Of a stretch of 42,551 nt of DNA, positions 13,460 to 26,198 are shown one piece after another. The stretch comes from Trypethelium eluteriae (lineage: Eukaryota). Each line of letters opens with the position of its first letter. The first letter of the stretch is position 1. The stretch lies in the NCBI GenBank assembly GCA_051942245.1, contig JAVECL010000151.1, forward strand, positions 1 to 42,551, written 5' to 3'. Under the pieces are notes generated by a model that was given only the letters and a program-made list of their open reading frames with translations, was not told the origin of the DNA and did no database searches. Both the position numbers and the translations under genes were made by a program.

Positions 13460-14729
13460 ATGTCCTTTCAAAAGCTTGTTGTTGGTGCCCTGGCCGGCAC
13501 CGCCGCTGCTACAGTCTTGTGGGATGGCCGTTTCAATGGCATCCCATCCAGCACTGCACTAAACACCTGTATGTATCTCTCGGCAACACTAAGCTTCGTT
13601 GCTAATGTACCAAGGGTCGTGGTCAAATCAGGTCGGACCATACCAGTACTATATCCACGGTAACGGCCCGGTCACTGAATACGTCAATTTGGCAAGCAGC
13701 TACAAGAATCCCGCGGATACCGCATCAACCCAAGGCATCCAAATCACGCTTGACAAAACTGCCGTGTGGTAAGGCTGTCAACCTAGAATCCGAGTGTTGC
13801 CTCAGCTCAAGTCTTATCGTACAGGAACTCGGACAACATGATCAGGACGGAACTGATCCCGCAAACCACAGCGGCAATCAATAAGGGCACGGTATACTAC
13901 CACTTCTCCTTGTCGCATACTGGCACCAATGCTCCAAGCCCAAACTTCGAACATCAGGTGGGATTCTTTGAGAGCCATTTCACGGAAATGAAATTCGGTC
14001 TTCTCAGTGGTGAACAAGGCGCCACCTCAGATAACAGTCTCCGCTGGATGGTCAACAGTCAAACGCAGTGGAACACTACCTTCACTGCTGGCGTGTGGCA
14101 CAATATTGCTTATGGGATCGACTTCGATGGTGGCTCTGTCACCTTCTACCACTCGACTGTTAGTCTCATTGATATAATCCGGCAGACGACCATGCTAACA
14201 AGTTCAGGGCTCCAATCCGCTAACCAAGACCGCCGGTCCCGTCAGCGTCAGCGCCTCCTCCAACGGCGCGGACTGGCACGTGGGTGTCCTTGGTCTGAAC
14301 CAAACGTCAGCCATTACCACTGAGAACTGGCTGTGGTCCGGTGTGTACATCGAGAGTGGCAGCCTCACCACATCCGTCGCTGGTCCAGCTGGTGCTGGCG
14401 CGTCTTCCTCTGCCGCAGCCTCAAGTGTCGCCGCCACTTCCAAGGCAGTTGCTGCTCCCGCCGTCAGCAGCGCTCCGGTTTCCAGCGTCGCTGCCCCCGC
14501 TCCTACCACTCTGGCCACTTTGGTGTCTTCGGTCGTTGCCACTTCTGCCCCGGCCGCCGCAAGCCCATCTGCGGCAGCCCCCGCCAGCGGAGATCTCTCT
14601 GCTTCTACTATTCAAGAGCTATACAACTGGGTCTCCTCCCTCTTGAGCCAGCTGGAAGCTCTAGAGAAGAGGACTGGCTCGAGCTCGGCCGATGCCGCCG
14701 GGGATGACTCGGACTGCGATGAAGAATAG
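13460..14729 (+). CDS. Secreted glycoside hydrolase family 131 beta-glucanase with Ala/Ser-rich C-terminal extension
   Basis: Signal peptide, then VLWDGRFN, WSWSNQVGPYQYYIHG, MIRTELIPQT, EHQVGFFESHFTEMK and SNGADWHVGVL across three introns; TAG at 14727-14729. Confidence 0.92.
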
Positions 14730-16079
14730 ATCTGCTTTTCAATTCTCTTGTGAATACTTTTCCAAACTGGCCCTGATACTTTCTTGTTCATAACTTTTCT
14801 CATGAAATTTATTGTTGAAGTCCAATTCTACTGTGCGAGCGAGAGATTCTTCATAGACTTCCATGAACACAGGCACAGGCAGGTATTGTTTGGCTGTTCT
14901 CAGAGCTTCTTTCCTTTCTACGCTGAACTGCTCACGCTTGCCTCAACGGGCAAGTCGGGAATTGTGAGCCTCGCACAGCCGTCAGCCGTCTATCATGCTC
15001 AATCTAGCATCAAACTTTGTCGAAGGTGCATTGAGGTGCCATATAGATAGCATTCTTTAAGGTTGAGTTTACCAGAAGGACGAAGGTACAAATCGGTATG
15101 GAGTACAGCGTTCCTAATCAACGGTCAAAACACCGCGGGTAGCGGCCGACCGCAATGCACATTCTGTCGAAGCCGAGGCCCTACTGGAGGACCATGGGTT
15201 CACGATTTGGTGGTTTCGTAAATGCCTTAGCCATTATTGGGCAGGCCTCAGCAATGAGGCTAAGTGCACAATTATGAATGGCGATCATGAAAATGAAATA
15301 GATTTCAAACCACCACCAGCTGTACTTTGAGACCGATGTACCATAGAGACGGAAAGGTCATATCGCTCCGCGATTTCCCATGTCGGCATGTTCCGTGATG
15401 GCTTTGAGGAAATTCTCTGGTTCCTCGTGTATGCCAAATTCCTCAAAGCTGTGCGATCCGGACCGGTCAAAAATCGAAAGATTTATCACCGTTCATTGCA
15501 TCGTAATTGCATGCAGGGCGGTATGTACGGACCGACGGGTAGGTTTTGTGGTAGAGTATTATCCCGCGCCTCTCCACCCCACCCCACTCCTCCACCGCCC
15601 GCTTCCACGCTCCGGTGGCAAAAGGGGTTGGCAAAGGGCTTGACGGGCGGTTACAGCGCACCACTCGATCCACGTATCTTCACCTTCGCCTCGCCCTAAG
15701 GTCCAGCCACTAAATGGGCTCTCATATCCTAATCCGATCTGCTAGTGGATTACTCCCAAAAGCGTTTGGCAGGCAGCAATGGAGCGATGGGAGGTTCGTT
15801 CGCAAAGGATACATGCTGTTGCACAGCCGCACCACGACTCAACGCAACTAATTGCATAGCCTTCGCCGGCGCCCAACTTTTGCTTCAGCTTACAGACGTT
15901 GAATCTTGACTTTTGCACTCTCAAATGTCAGTCTAAACGACAGCTTGTACAACACTGCACACATATGTCACCCACTAGCATGGCCGCACAACCTCAATAT
16001 ACGTTCCTCTAGAAGCTGAGTGACTGCATGTACCTATCATCATTCGCCGACACCACTTGCTGAAGAGTTGGGATAGAGA

Positions 16080-19000
16080 ATGGCGAGAGGTTCAAAGTCT
16101 CGCTCCGTTGCAGTAGCCAAGTCACAGTAAGACCAGCCCTTCTAATTTCTAAGACGAATTCTCGGAAAACGCTCTTGACGGAATATTAAGGAATGAGGAA
16201 AAGACGCCGGCCACAGACCCCGTAATCATCTTCGAAAATGTTCAGAAAACCTTTCTGGACTCGCTCTCGCCCGCCGAACAGCGTGCATTCGAAACCTTTC
16301 CTAATGCTCGGTCCATGCTTGAATCTATCCAAAAGACCGTCCAGTTCAATCCAGTCAATCAGAGCCGACTGACAGCCTGTCTTTCTCACGTACGCGATCT
16401 GGCAAATAGAGTTTCTCCATTCTTTGAAGTGTGCGGTATATTTGTCTCTTCGCATGCTCAGTTCGCAGCCTTGGTCTGGGGAGCTATCCGATTCGTGTTT
16501 CAGGTACTGATAACGTCCGAAGACGTCAATGGACGGCAGATCTGATACCTTCTTAGCTCGGTACAATCCATGTCACATTTCTTGAAAAGATTTGCGACAT
16601 GTTTAGCAGGATGCAGCAAGTACTACCACCATATGAAGAAGTTGTTGAAAAATTGCTGTCGAGGGCGCATCAAAAGGACGAGCGTATGCCAAACCGAATA
16701 ATGAACGCTCTAGCATTCGTGTATTCTGACTTGGTTCGCTTTTGTTTCGACGCATCAAGAATCTTCACAAAAAGAAGGTCAGGTAAGTGGCGCCTTTCCC
16801 TCACGACCATGGCCGTCTTCTGATATCCTAAGTTCTGGGTCTGAAATGGCCGCTTGCAGTCACGCTCTTCTGGCAGCCATTCGATGCGAAATTCGAAGCA
16901 ATATTGAAACGTTTTGGAGAGCACAAGGATTTGATGGACCTCGAAATGATGGCTTCTAGCCACAAGTCCATAATCAAGGTCGAAGATACGTTGAGTTCCA
17001 TGTCTAAGACGGTTGAAAGCCAGTGGAGTGTGCAGGACGACATCGTCAGGTCTCAAAAGCGGTCGGCAATTGGTAAGCAGTCTCTACATGACCTTCACTA
17101 TGTTGGAGACTAAGTTGTCCAGAAACGCGTTTGAACAGCCTCATGAAATGGATAAACGCCCCCAATTGGCTAAACATCCATGAGATCGCTAAGGACCGGC
17201 GTACTCCCGGAACATCTGATTGGTTCCTTGAGCAGCCCCAAGTAATATCCTGGCTACACAGGACTTTTCCTGGTCAACGTCCTCCTCACTGCAACGTGCT
17301 AAACGTACATGGTAATTTCCTAATGTGTCAGCATTGTTTGAGAAATGTGCTAATAAAAAGATAGGCAAACCTGGTTATGGCAAGACGGCCTTATGCTCCG
17401 CTTTAATTCACCATGTATTTTCGCTTTACGGATCTTCTAGTACCGCCCCTGACATTGTATTCTTCTGCTTTGATAAGCAAAGCGAGCACGCTCGCCAAGC
17501 ACCCTGTGCTTTGAGGGCAATTCTCGCCCAGCTTCTTCAGAAGCAAGGAGGAAGCGAGCAGGGCATCAACATTGCTTCGCTTCTCTGGTATCAAAGACGT
17601 AGTGGCCAACAGACAGCATCCAATCTGGAGATTAAAGAGTTGCTAAATATCACCTTGGGCCAAACCGATCAAGTGGTGCTTCTTCTGGACGGTATTGATG
17701 AATGCGCTGATACGCGAGGGCTGTCTAGTTCCCTTGAAAGTGTCGGACTAATTTCGAGCAAACACGCCATCGCTTTCTTCGGTCGACCAACAGTTACTCT
17801 CCCGAAGCGCCTATCTGAGTTCATGCTCGCGATAACTCTTAAGAATGAACAGAATCTGGAAGATATCCGTCGATATTTGCGACAGCCGATTAGCGACATG
17901 ATTGACGATGGCACTCTTCCAGAAGAAATCCAAGTCGAGAGTACTGTTGAAAAGATCTCAAATCGAGCGAATGGCATGTTCCTTTGGGCTAGTTTATTCA
18001 TCGAGTACCTGTCTCTTGCGGCTCCAGCGCTGACAATGAGCCAGCGGCGGTATGTCATTGAGAATCTCAGCCGGCTTGAAGGCCTTGATACTCTATTCGG
18101 CGAAATAATGAAAGCGCTGTCACATAAGTACTCCGGCGAGGCACGCTTGAACATCCAGCATTTATTTCAATGGGTTGTTTGCTCCTTGCGCCCGCTTCTG
18201 GTAGTGGAGCTTAATTGTGCTATGACTGTCCCGCTGGACCGAAAGTTGAAAAGCGATGATGGTTTCGGCAATTTGTCGCACTCTTTGAGTGGCTTGTCTG
18301 GTGCCTTGCTAGAAGTAGCTCCGGATGAGACAGTTCGCTTCATCCATTTGTCAGCCAGGGAATATTTTCAACACTGGAAGCCACAGGATTCTTCGACATC
18401 GGACTCTACCTCTTCGTTTGCATCTTTCTACGATTTTGACGCATCTATATACTGCTCCGCAGTTTGCTGTTCGTATGTACTTCATACGGTGGGCGTTGGA
18501 CCACTCTCTGGAACCGGTCACACGTCTTTAGACGAACAGGCGCTAGCACACCAGTATCCATTGCTCAACTATGCCAGCGAATACCTGTTTGAGCACATGC
18601 TCAAGGCAGTATCCACAATTGGAGGTCAATCGGCAAATTCGGATGTCTGCATGCTCTTGCCATTACTTGGTCTGGCGAGGTCCTTTCTGACAAGTAAGAA
18701 AATCATTTCTACCTGGATTGAGGCTTGCTGGACATTTGGCCGAAAGCCAAGAATAAGCGAGATAGAGGATCGACTTGGTGATTTAAATATTTCTGAGAGG
18801 CATTCAAAGCTAGATCGCGCGACCATTGAATTGTTGAGGCAAGGCATAGAATCTTTGAGCAGACTTGCAGAGGATCTTACTCAACTCAACCATGAATGGG
18901 GAAAGGTGCTCGCGGAGACCCCCAATGAGATTTGGGAGCCCAGCATTACGGCATTCCTCAGATCGGACTTTTGGGTATCTGTTGACGGGACCAAGTTGTA

Positions 19001-20658
19001 TCCGCTGAGTTCGAGCAACCAATCACAGTTCGTCTGCCTAAATTCTCGCAATTCAATTGATGGGAAAGAGGCTGCTATCATCAAAGTTCAACCGCCTGCT
19101 TACGATCCACTCAGTTCTGTCTCTACCACACAAACAGTATGGAAGGTCAGGCATGAGATATGGATATTGAAGTCAATGACGATCCGAGCATGCACTTCAT
19201 TCCAGGTTCCAAGCTCCATGGTGCCCTTCTCCTACATCTGGGAGGAGAAAGACGATTTACAAGATGATGAACCAATTCTGGAGTTTCTTTGTCCCACGAC
19301 TATAAGCTCTGACCTTCGACACTTAACTTTTCTCAATATCGCTGGCACCCTTGTCGACGAATATGTGTTTTCCTCAAACGCATCCAAAGTCCTAGGGCAA
19401 AGGCCAAAGATGCAGCTGCAAACAATTGATGTTTCTCTCGAAACAGATAGGGAGATCTGTGGAACATTCAATTTTGATTGGTCAGCCTTCCACAACGGCT
19501 TTTGGACTCACATGTCTGATTCTGGAAAGTATTTCCTTGTATTGTCTCTACTTCCAGCAAATCAATCTCAGCAGGTAAACAACTCGACCGATGTACCCAG
19601 CGCAAAAATATGGTTTGTGCGAGTCTATCAGAACGAAGATTACGCTGGACAAGAAGGGCCTAGCTTCAAACTTATGTCTTCGATTGCCTTCATACCCGAC
19701 AGAATCACAGCACTCAAAGACAGGCCTTTCACATTCCACCCAGAGCTACCGCTCCTTGTGATTGCCTCGGGACGTACTGCGTGGATCGAAAGAACTGATC
19801 GTGAAATGGGTGTCCACATCCTAAACATTGCTAATCCAGTGGCGGAGCGAGACGAGCGACCGAGCTACCAGAGGTCACCCTTCCAGAAGCCACCAACTGG
19901 GGCTCTTACGTTAATTTGGAACTTTTCCCACAAAGGTGCATTCCATTGCTATGTATAACTGCATACAAATATTGCACAAACGGTTGACATATAATTTAGG
20001 TTCAAAACCAATATCCATCGGATCTTTGATGAGAGATGTTCACTTCTCTAACGATGCGAAAAAACTATACGGGACTGTGGGTATAAGGAAGGTCATGGTC
20101 GAGGTGCCCTTCGACAAATTGGGGATGCACGGGAATGCCGAGGGTTTTGGGGGGCATACAGCGCTAATTAGTGCAAACCAGCAGCTCTCCATTGCGTCTC
20201 CAAGCGCCCTCAGGGCCCTCTCCCGCGGCCCGACCGCGCTTACGCAAGATTCCAACAGCTTGGTGTTCAGCCGCGACTCCCAAGGACGAGCTGTCGCGAG
20301 CGACCTTCGCCAATCCCATGAGCACGGTGCTCTGGTTCTCCGGACACTCTGTGACAACAGAATGACCCAGGAGACCCTCACACGCCTCCCTCGATGGGTG
20401 GATGAAGAATCCGAAGCCACATTACTGAGCAGGCCGGAAGCCGATGGCAAAGACCCGGACGGCGTAGTACGCGTCATGTTGAACCGAGCTGCAGGACCAT
20501 TCAAGAAGTACAAAACCAACGAGCAGCCATTTGTTCCTACACTCCTCGAGAGGCAGAATCGGACGATTTCCAGCTTTGCTACGCATGGTAACCACCTACT
20601 TCGAGATGGCGCGTGGTCCCCAACCCGTGTACTGGAATTCGAGAGACACGATGCCTAA
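16080..20658 (+). CDS. NACHT-domain STAND NTPase (fungal NLR-like), ~1414 aa, 7 exons
   Basis: Exons 16080-16126, 16191-16503, 16557-16782, 16833-17072, 17123-17311, 17365-19935 and 20000-20658 join in frame (4245 nt). Helical N-terminal domain AALVWGAIRFVFQ / LFWQPFDAKF, pre-NACHT RTPGTSDWFL, Walker A GKPGYGKT (split by an intron), Walker B VVLLLDGIDEC, ANGMFLWA, winged helix RPLLVVEL...VRFIHLSAREYF. Confidence 0.9.
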
Positions 20659-21904
20659 GCAACATTGACGCTCGAGTAGATATGCATTTTGTGCACGTCC
20701 ACATCGGTTGGCACTCTTGAACCTCGGAGGCAGTGGTCAGAGCCCGAAGACTTATAACAATACCAAGAGCCAAGCGCGTAACCCCGGCCTAGCGTGTCTG
20801 ATCCAGATGTGATGAATGCTCTTCCGAGTTCCGACTAAAGTACCTTCGCTCTCGTTACTACTGCGTCAATCGGGCACATAACCTGACGAGGCACAAGTCC
20901 AAACAAAGCAACAGCATCAAATTGTGCTGTCTTAAGATGAACTAAGAAGCAGAAGCCGAGCAGGTCTGCTGATGTATATATGACCAGTAGCACCAGCAGC
21001 TGAAGGGGCACAAGATGCCGAGCACGGCTATGTGCACGGTGGTTCAGCTGCTGTTCAGCTGCTGTGAGAAGCTGCAAAAATATCATCAGGCAGCACAGCG
21101 TGAAACTGTTGTAATTACCGCATTATATGCTCTGTTACTTGATTTTGATAGGAATTAGCTATGACATTGAGCGATCGTACGAGTTCGAAGCAGACAAAAT
21201 AAAATTTGGAACGATTTTGTCGGTGAGTTGTAGTTATTGTTGAGTAGTCTGGCACTCGCTCGGCGCGGGATCTCAGCTCGGAACCAAATGAGAATCTACC
21301 AGGGTGGGTCCTTGGGCACGAATAATGGTTGCCTTGTCATCACATCCAAGTATATCCCCAGTCGTCTTGCTTGTACTAGTGGTCACTCTTGGAATGATGA
21401 GTACGCAATACCTGCCTACTCTAGGTTGACTTCGGTGGCATAACGGCTCTGTTGAAGCCAAATGGACAGTTTCTTCGCTTATCCATAGAGTACTTGTCTT
21501 TTTACGCCTTTTTCACGTCGCACAGCACAAGTGCAACATGAAATAACGTTCTAGACCCTTGCACCGCGCCAAGAACAGGCAGAGAGATGCAGCTGAAGCC
21601 AAAAACAGGAGATTGTTTGCATTTTCATTCTCCACTGCTGCACAATTTCAGAAAAGTATCGAGGCAGAGTGTGACAGGCTTCCATGCGCTCCGCCAATCA
21701 ACCAAGATCTGCCTTTTGCACAGGAATGTCCCAAGCGTTTCTGCCTTTTATGACTAGAGTAAGCAGACAGGAATCCATGCATTTCAGCCACACAGTTGGC
21801 TTCCAAACCGAAGCTACTCCATGATCTCCCATAGAACTGAATACATGAGTTTTTGCGTTCTTTCGCTCAGTCTAAAACATTGTCATTTCGAAGCCCATGT
21901 TATA

Positions 21905-24900
21905 ATGCACTGCTTACCAAACCACGCTTCTGCTTCCCTTCTTGATTTGTGTCTTAAATACATCGATCGTTACTGCAGTTAATTATAACAGTACGTTGAA
22001 CAGGCCAGTTTCTCCCCCTGAGGCTAAACATTCGATTTCCAGAAACGTCAAAAAGAACCACACGATCAACATGCCAGTCGTGTCACTCAGCATCGGCCAA
22101 GGCATCCTTGAGTACTGTTCATTCTGATGTTTCATCCATTGAATAACTCAGCCACACGACCAAAGGGCTTGGAAGGTACATTGTTGCTGGGTTTGGTGGA
22201 ACCTCTCGTGATTCGATTGGAAATGCAGAGAGTTCTTCACCACCCACCCGAGCGTTCGGCTCGAACTCATCCTCAAGCTTCCACTACAGTAAGCTCATGA
22301 CTACATTCATAGACCTATTCATTAAGACCACATCACGAAAGACTCGAAATCAGGATAGTACCGTCTAACTTTTAAATTATATCTAGGCCCCCTTATAAAT
22401 GGAGTTGCGAACAACACCCTTGGTCCATCTACTGGACGCGGCATAGTATTTGCGCAAAGCTGCCGAACGGCCTTGGCTAGCTGTGACTCTGCGCTATCTG
22501 AATGGCAGGCCACAGCCACTTATGAAACTAGCATCTTTTCCAACTATACGGTGGAGACAGATACTTTATACAATTACGATTACACCACTTTGTGTGATGG
22601 AAAACTTCGCGCTATAAACCCTCATGACCCACATACATCGACTCGCATCATAAGCGGTTATATAGAGGCAGATCAAGGAACGCGCCCATATATAATTTTG
22701 CGGCCTTGTAGCATCGTCCCTGAGGACTGTGATTCCTTGATGGCATCTTTCTACTCGGAGAGCCCTTCTTACTATTCAGCGTCGTCTGCATGGTCAGGCT
22801 ACAGCCAAACTATGGAGGATTGCAGCTTCTATTCAAGCCTATCATACACCACGAGCTGTCCTAATCTCTCAGAGCCGGGACCAGTGCCACTTGGTCCACC
22901 AGATTGCCTTCCGCTGTATACTTGCTCGTCGTGTGCTGTCTCAGCACTCTCCGTGCAGCTCCTATATTGGCCAAGCACTGTTGTTCAAGACAATGGGATC
23001 TGCCCTGAGAATACCAAGAACGGGACTCAGAAAACTTACACCGCAACTCCCACCGGCTCAGGTCCGAACACTAAAATCTGGGACGAAAGCCTCACACCTA
23101 CATCTCCCACCGCTTATTTGTCATTCAGTGGAGTCGGCGTCTCATGGTGTGGTTCTCAAAGGAGCTTAAGTACGAGCACCGTCATTCCAATTGACCCGCA
23201 TAATGTCTCAAGTCTAAGGCAGGTTGTGTGTCCTGTCGCAGGAGAGCCATACGGCGGCGGATACATCGACGGGACATATGTTCCAGCCTCATTCGACTTT
23301 AGAGATCTCAACACTCCAATGCCCTGGAACGCTTGGCTCAATGGCCCATATTGCAAGGGAATTGATGATAATCCAAGACCAGAATGCCAAACCATGACTC
23401 CGTCGGATTTTGCTCCAATCGTGGCCTATCCACAGAACTTTTTGAGTTATTTGGGTCCAATCTATGCAGGCTGTGACATAGCATACGACTATAAAGGGGT
23501 TTACGATCCCCCTCATGCCCTAGAACCACAACCGTCGGCAGCTGCTCCTGAACCGCACACAAGCGCTTCAACATCACTTCATCAATATACAGATACCACA
23601 CCTTCACCAAGGCCGGTCCCACCTACGGCTCCTAGAACACCTGATCATCCAAATCCCACTTCACCACCAGTATCAAGGCCAGATCCAAGCTCCCCAGTCG
23701 GTTCAAATACGCCATCCAACACAGGAAGAGTCGGTAACCCGTTGTTGGGAAAGCCGTCCGATCAAAAATATTCGTCTCCTCATATTGCCAGTAATTCTCC
23801 AGACCCTCCAACAACCAATTCAGATCCCGACCGCGACTCGTCAGCGGCAGACCCCCCTGGTCAATACGGAGCAGGCTCAAAAGATTCAAATGCAGCTGCA
23901 GTCGCCGGAAGTGCAATTGCTAGCATTCTTGATAGCCCACAATCGCACGTTGATCCTCAAGGCCTAGGATCCGCTGTTGGAAGCAGTTACTTAGGGGCAG
24001 ACGGAACCGACGGACATGCTGCAAGTGGCTCGTACCCAACAGAAGACGGTAGCCAAATCTCACCAAATGTTGAGAGTGCTGGTTCTTTAGGAGCAGTGGA
24101 GCTAGCGCATAGTAGCGATCGCGCTGGCTCAATCATTGGTAATTTGGGCTTACTGGAAGCTTCAGATTCCGAGCGTTCTACTGCAGGTCGCAATCTCCTA
24201 AGCACTACTGCCAGCGGAGCGTCGGATCCAGTAGGTGCAGCTATGGGCGATTATGACCCGGACAGTCCTTCTCAAGCCAACTCCCCTCAAGGCGATCCCG
24301 CTAAATCCGAGGTACAAATTGGTGGACAGACATACCCTGTGTCTGCTAATGGTGGCACAATCAAGATCGGCTCACAATCTCTTTCGCAAGGCGGAGCTTC
24401 GATTATTGTCAAGGGGCACACTGTTAGTTGGATTGGCAGTGGTCTTGTTGTTGACGGTAGATCCACAATTCCCCTGCCACAGTCTCCAACCACAACATCA
24501 ACTTCGAATGCTAAAGAAGATCTTGACGCTCTCATTTCGCTCGGCTCCACGACGCTTGCTGTAATCTACGAAAGAAAAGGCGCTGTTGTCGTCGGCAGGC
24601 AGACGCTGTCGGGCGTTGGCTCGTCAATCACGATGGACGGCGGCACTTCTGGTCTTCAACAGGGCGGCATCGTCTTCGATAGAACCAGTACAGTCCCTCT
24701 CTTCACTTCCGGTTCTACGAATATTGATGGAAGCGATGCCCGAGCTGTCTTGGCTTTAGGAAGCAATACTATAACCGCTACACGTGATAGCAATGGTACG
24801 CCTCGTATGGGAACGGCGACCCTATCGATCAACGGAGCAGCAATTACGATAGATGGCCATACCTTGAGCGATGGAGAAAATGGCATAATCATCGATGGCA

Positions 24901-25307
24901 CTACAACTGCATCGTGGCAAACATTAGACTCCTCTTTATCCATAGGCAGAGAAGCTGTCCAGCTAACAGCGCCCGATGGCAAGATCCTAACAGCCGTAGC
25001 GAATTCCGACCATTCCGGCTTTGCCATCGTCGATGGCAGCATAACTTTGAGTCTGGGCGGGCCAGCAATCACTATCGAAGGAGAGACGCTTAGTCTTGCG
25101 TCTGCGGGATTAGTGGTCGATGGGTCTACTACAAGAGCGCTCCCCGTTCCTGAAGAGACGAATGCACTGATTTGGACATCTTCGGGAGGTGCTGCGACTG
25201 CGGCGTCTGCGCCCACGGCTTCGGAGGGTGGGAAAGGCGTGTCGAGATCGTGGTTCGTGTTCGTCAACTCGCTTGGATTGGCTTTGTTTGGCCTTATTGT
25301 GATATGA
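21905..25307 (+). pseudogene. Large Ser/Thr/Pro-rich cell-surface protein gene (Cys-rich N-domain, beta-repeat C-region, GPI-like tail), apparently disrupted at its 5' end
   Basis: Exon 22387-25307 is open, with repeats like TLSxGGxAITIDGxTLSxxxxGLVVDG and a hydrophobic C-terminus. Upstream exons join in frame via introns 21991-22042 and 22289-22386, but contain TAA at 22144-22146. The signal-peptide-like segment is out of frame with the ATG at 21905. Confidence 0.65.
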
Positions 25308-25548
25308 AATGGTATGGCTCAGGTTGAAAACCAAATATTGCTGATGACGGTCTCATTTGTTTATTATTAGTCGAGGTACTCTAATGAAGCGCTAGTTTCC
25401 ACAATCAAGGGAGACGACATTTCGGTGCCAGTCGCGCCCAAAACTGAGCACGAGTCAGCTTCAAAGCCAAATTTTGAGCGCTTCACTCACAGCGCTACTT
25501 CAAGGTCTGAATTACCAATTGAAAATGCAATCTATGGGTAGACTTGAG

Positions 25549-25873
25549 CAGGGTCCGGAAACATAGTTGAGTATGGGATAAACTATTCTATATTTGAGTA
25601 TTCTGGATAAGATTGGATAGGTAGCATAATTATCTGTATTATATCTACACCTGGATAATTAATCTTAGTAGGTAAGAGACTTAGCAGGGATAAAAAGGAC
25701 GTAGATTAGCCCTAATTTAGCTATCGCTCAATCTGATTTAGCATGGGCTGAATCTAATTAGTCAGATACGGATATCATGCAGATAATTATGCTATCTAAT
25801 TCAATCCGAAATATCCTGAAAATGGAATAGTCTATTCCATAATTACTCAACTACTCTATGTCGCCGAACCCTG
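25549..25873. mobile_element. MITE-like non-autonomous element, 325 bp, with ~120-bp imperfect terminal inverted repeats
   Basis: Ends CAGGGTCCGG... and ...CCGAACCCTG. Perfect inverted cores TAGTTGAGTA (25564-25573) / TACTCAACTA (25844-25853) and TAGCATAATTATCTG (25622-25636) / CAGATAATTATGCTA (25780-25794). AT-rich, no ORF, no clear target-site duplication. Confidence 0.8.
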
Positions 25874-26132
25874 CACACAGGGAGGGAGATCTAATATCAA
25901 AAGACATATATTTCTACTAAACTCTCGATGCGACATACCACTTCGGTGTTACCGTGCAAGGGGACTAGTCGGGGCATTGTATAGGTAACCATGCTGCTCA
26001 CAAAATTGACACAAAGTGACACAGTGTTCGACGCCATCGCCGAATCTCGGCTCAAAACTGTGTATCTGTTATCTGAACCTTGTATGCCGATTCATGCTAT
26101 ATTACCACCACGCTTCATAAAGCTACTTAAAA

Positions 26133-26138
26133 TATAAA
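26133..26138 (+). promoter_or_regulatory. TATA box of the secreted Cys-rich protein gene
   Basis: TATAAA about 60 nt upstream of the ATG at 26199. Confidence 0.5.
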
Positions 26139-26198
26139 GGCAGCTCTCGTCTTCTGTACAATCTACGATATCCAAGCCTTCTTCCTATGACTTAGAAT

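Noticed and set aside
20835..21086. 83-aa minus-strand ORF downstream of the NACHT gene as a possible NLR partner
   Set aside because: It has no HeLo, gasdermin or amyloid-like features and no supporting gene structure.
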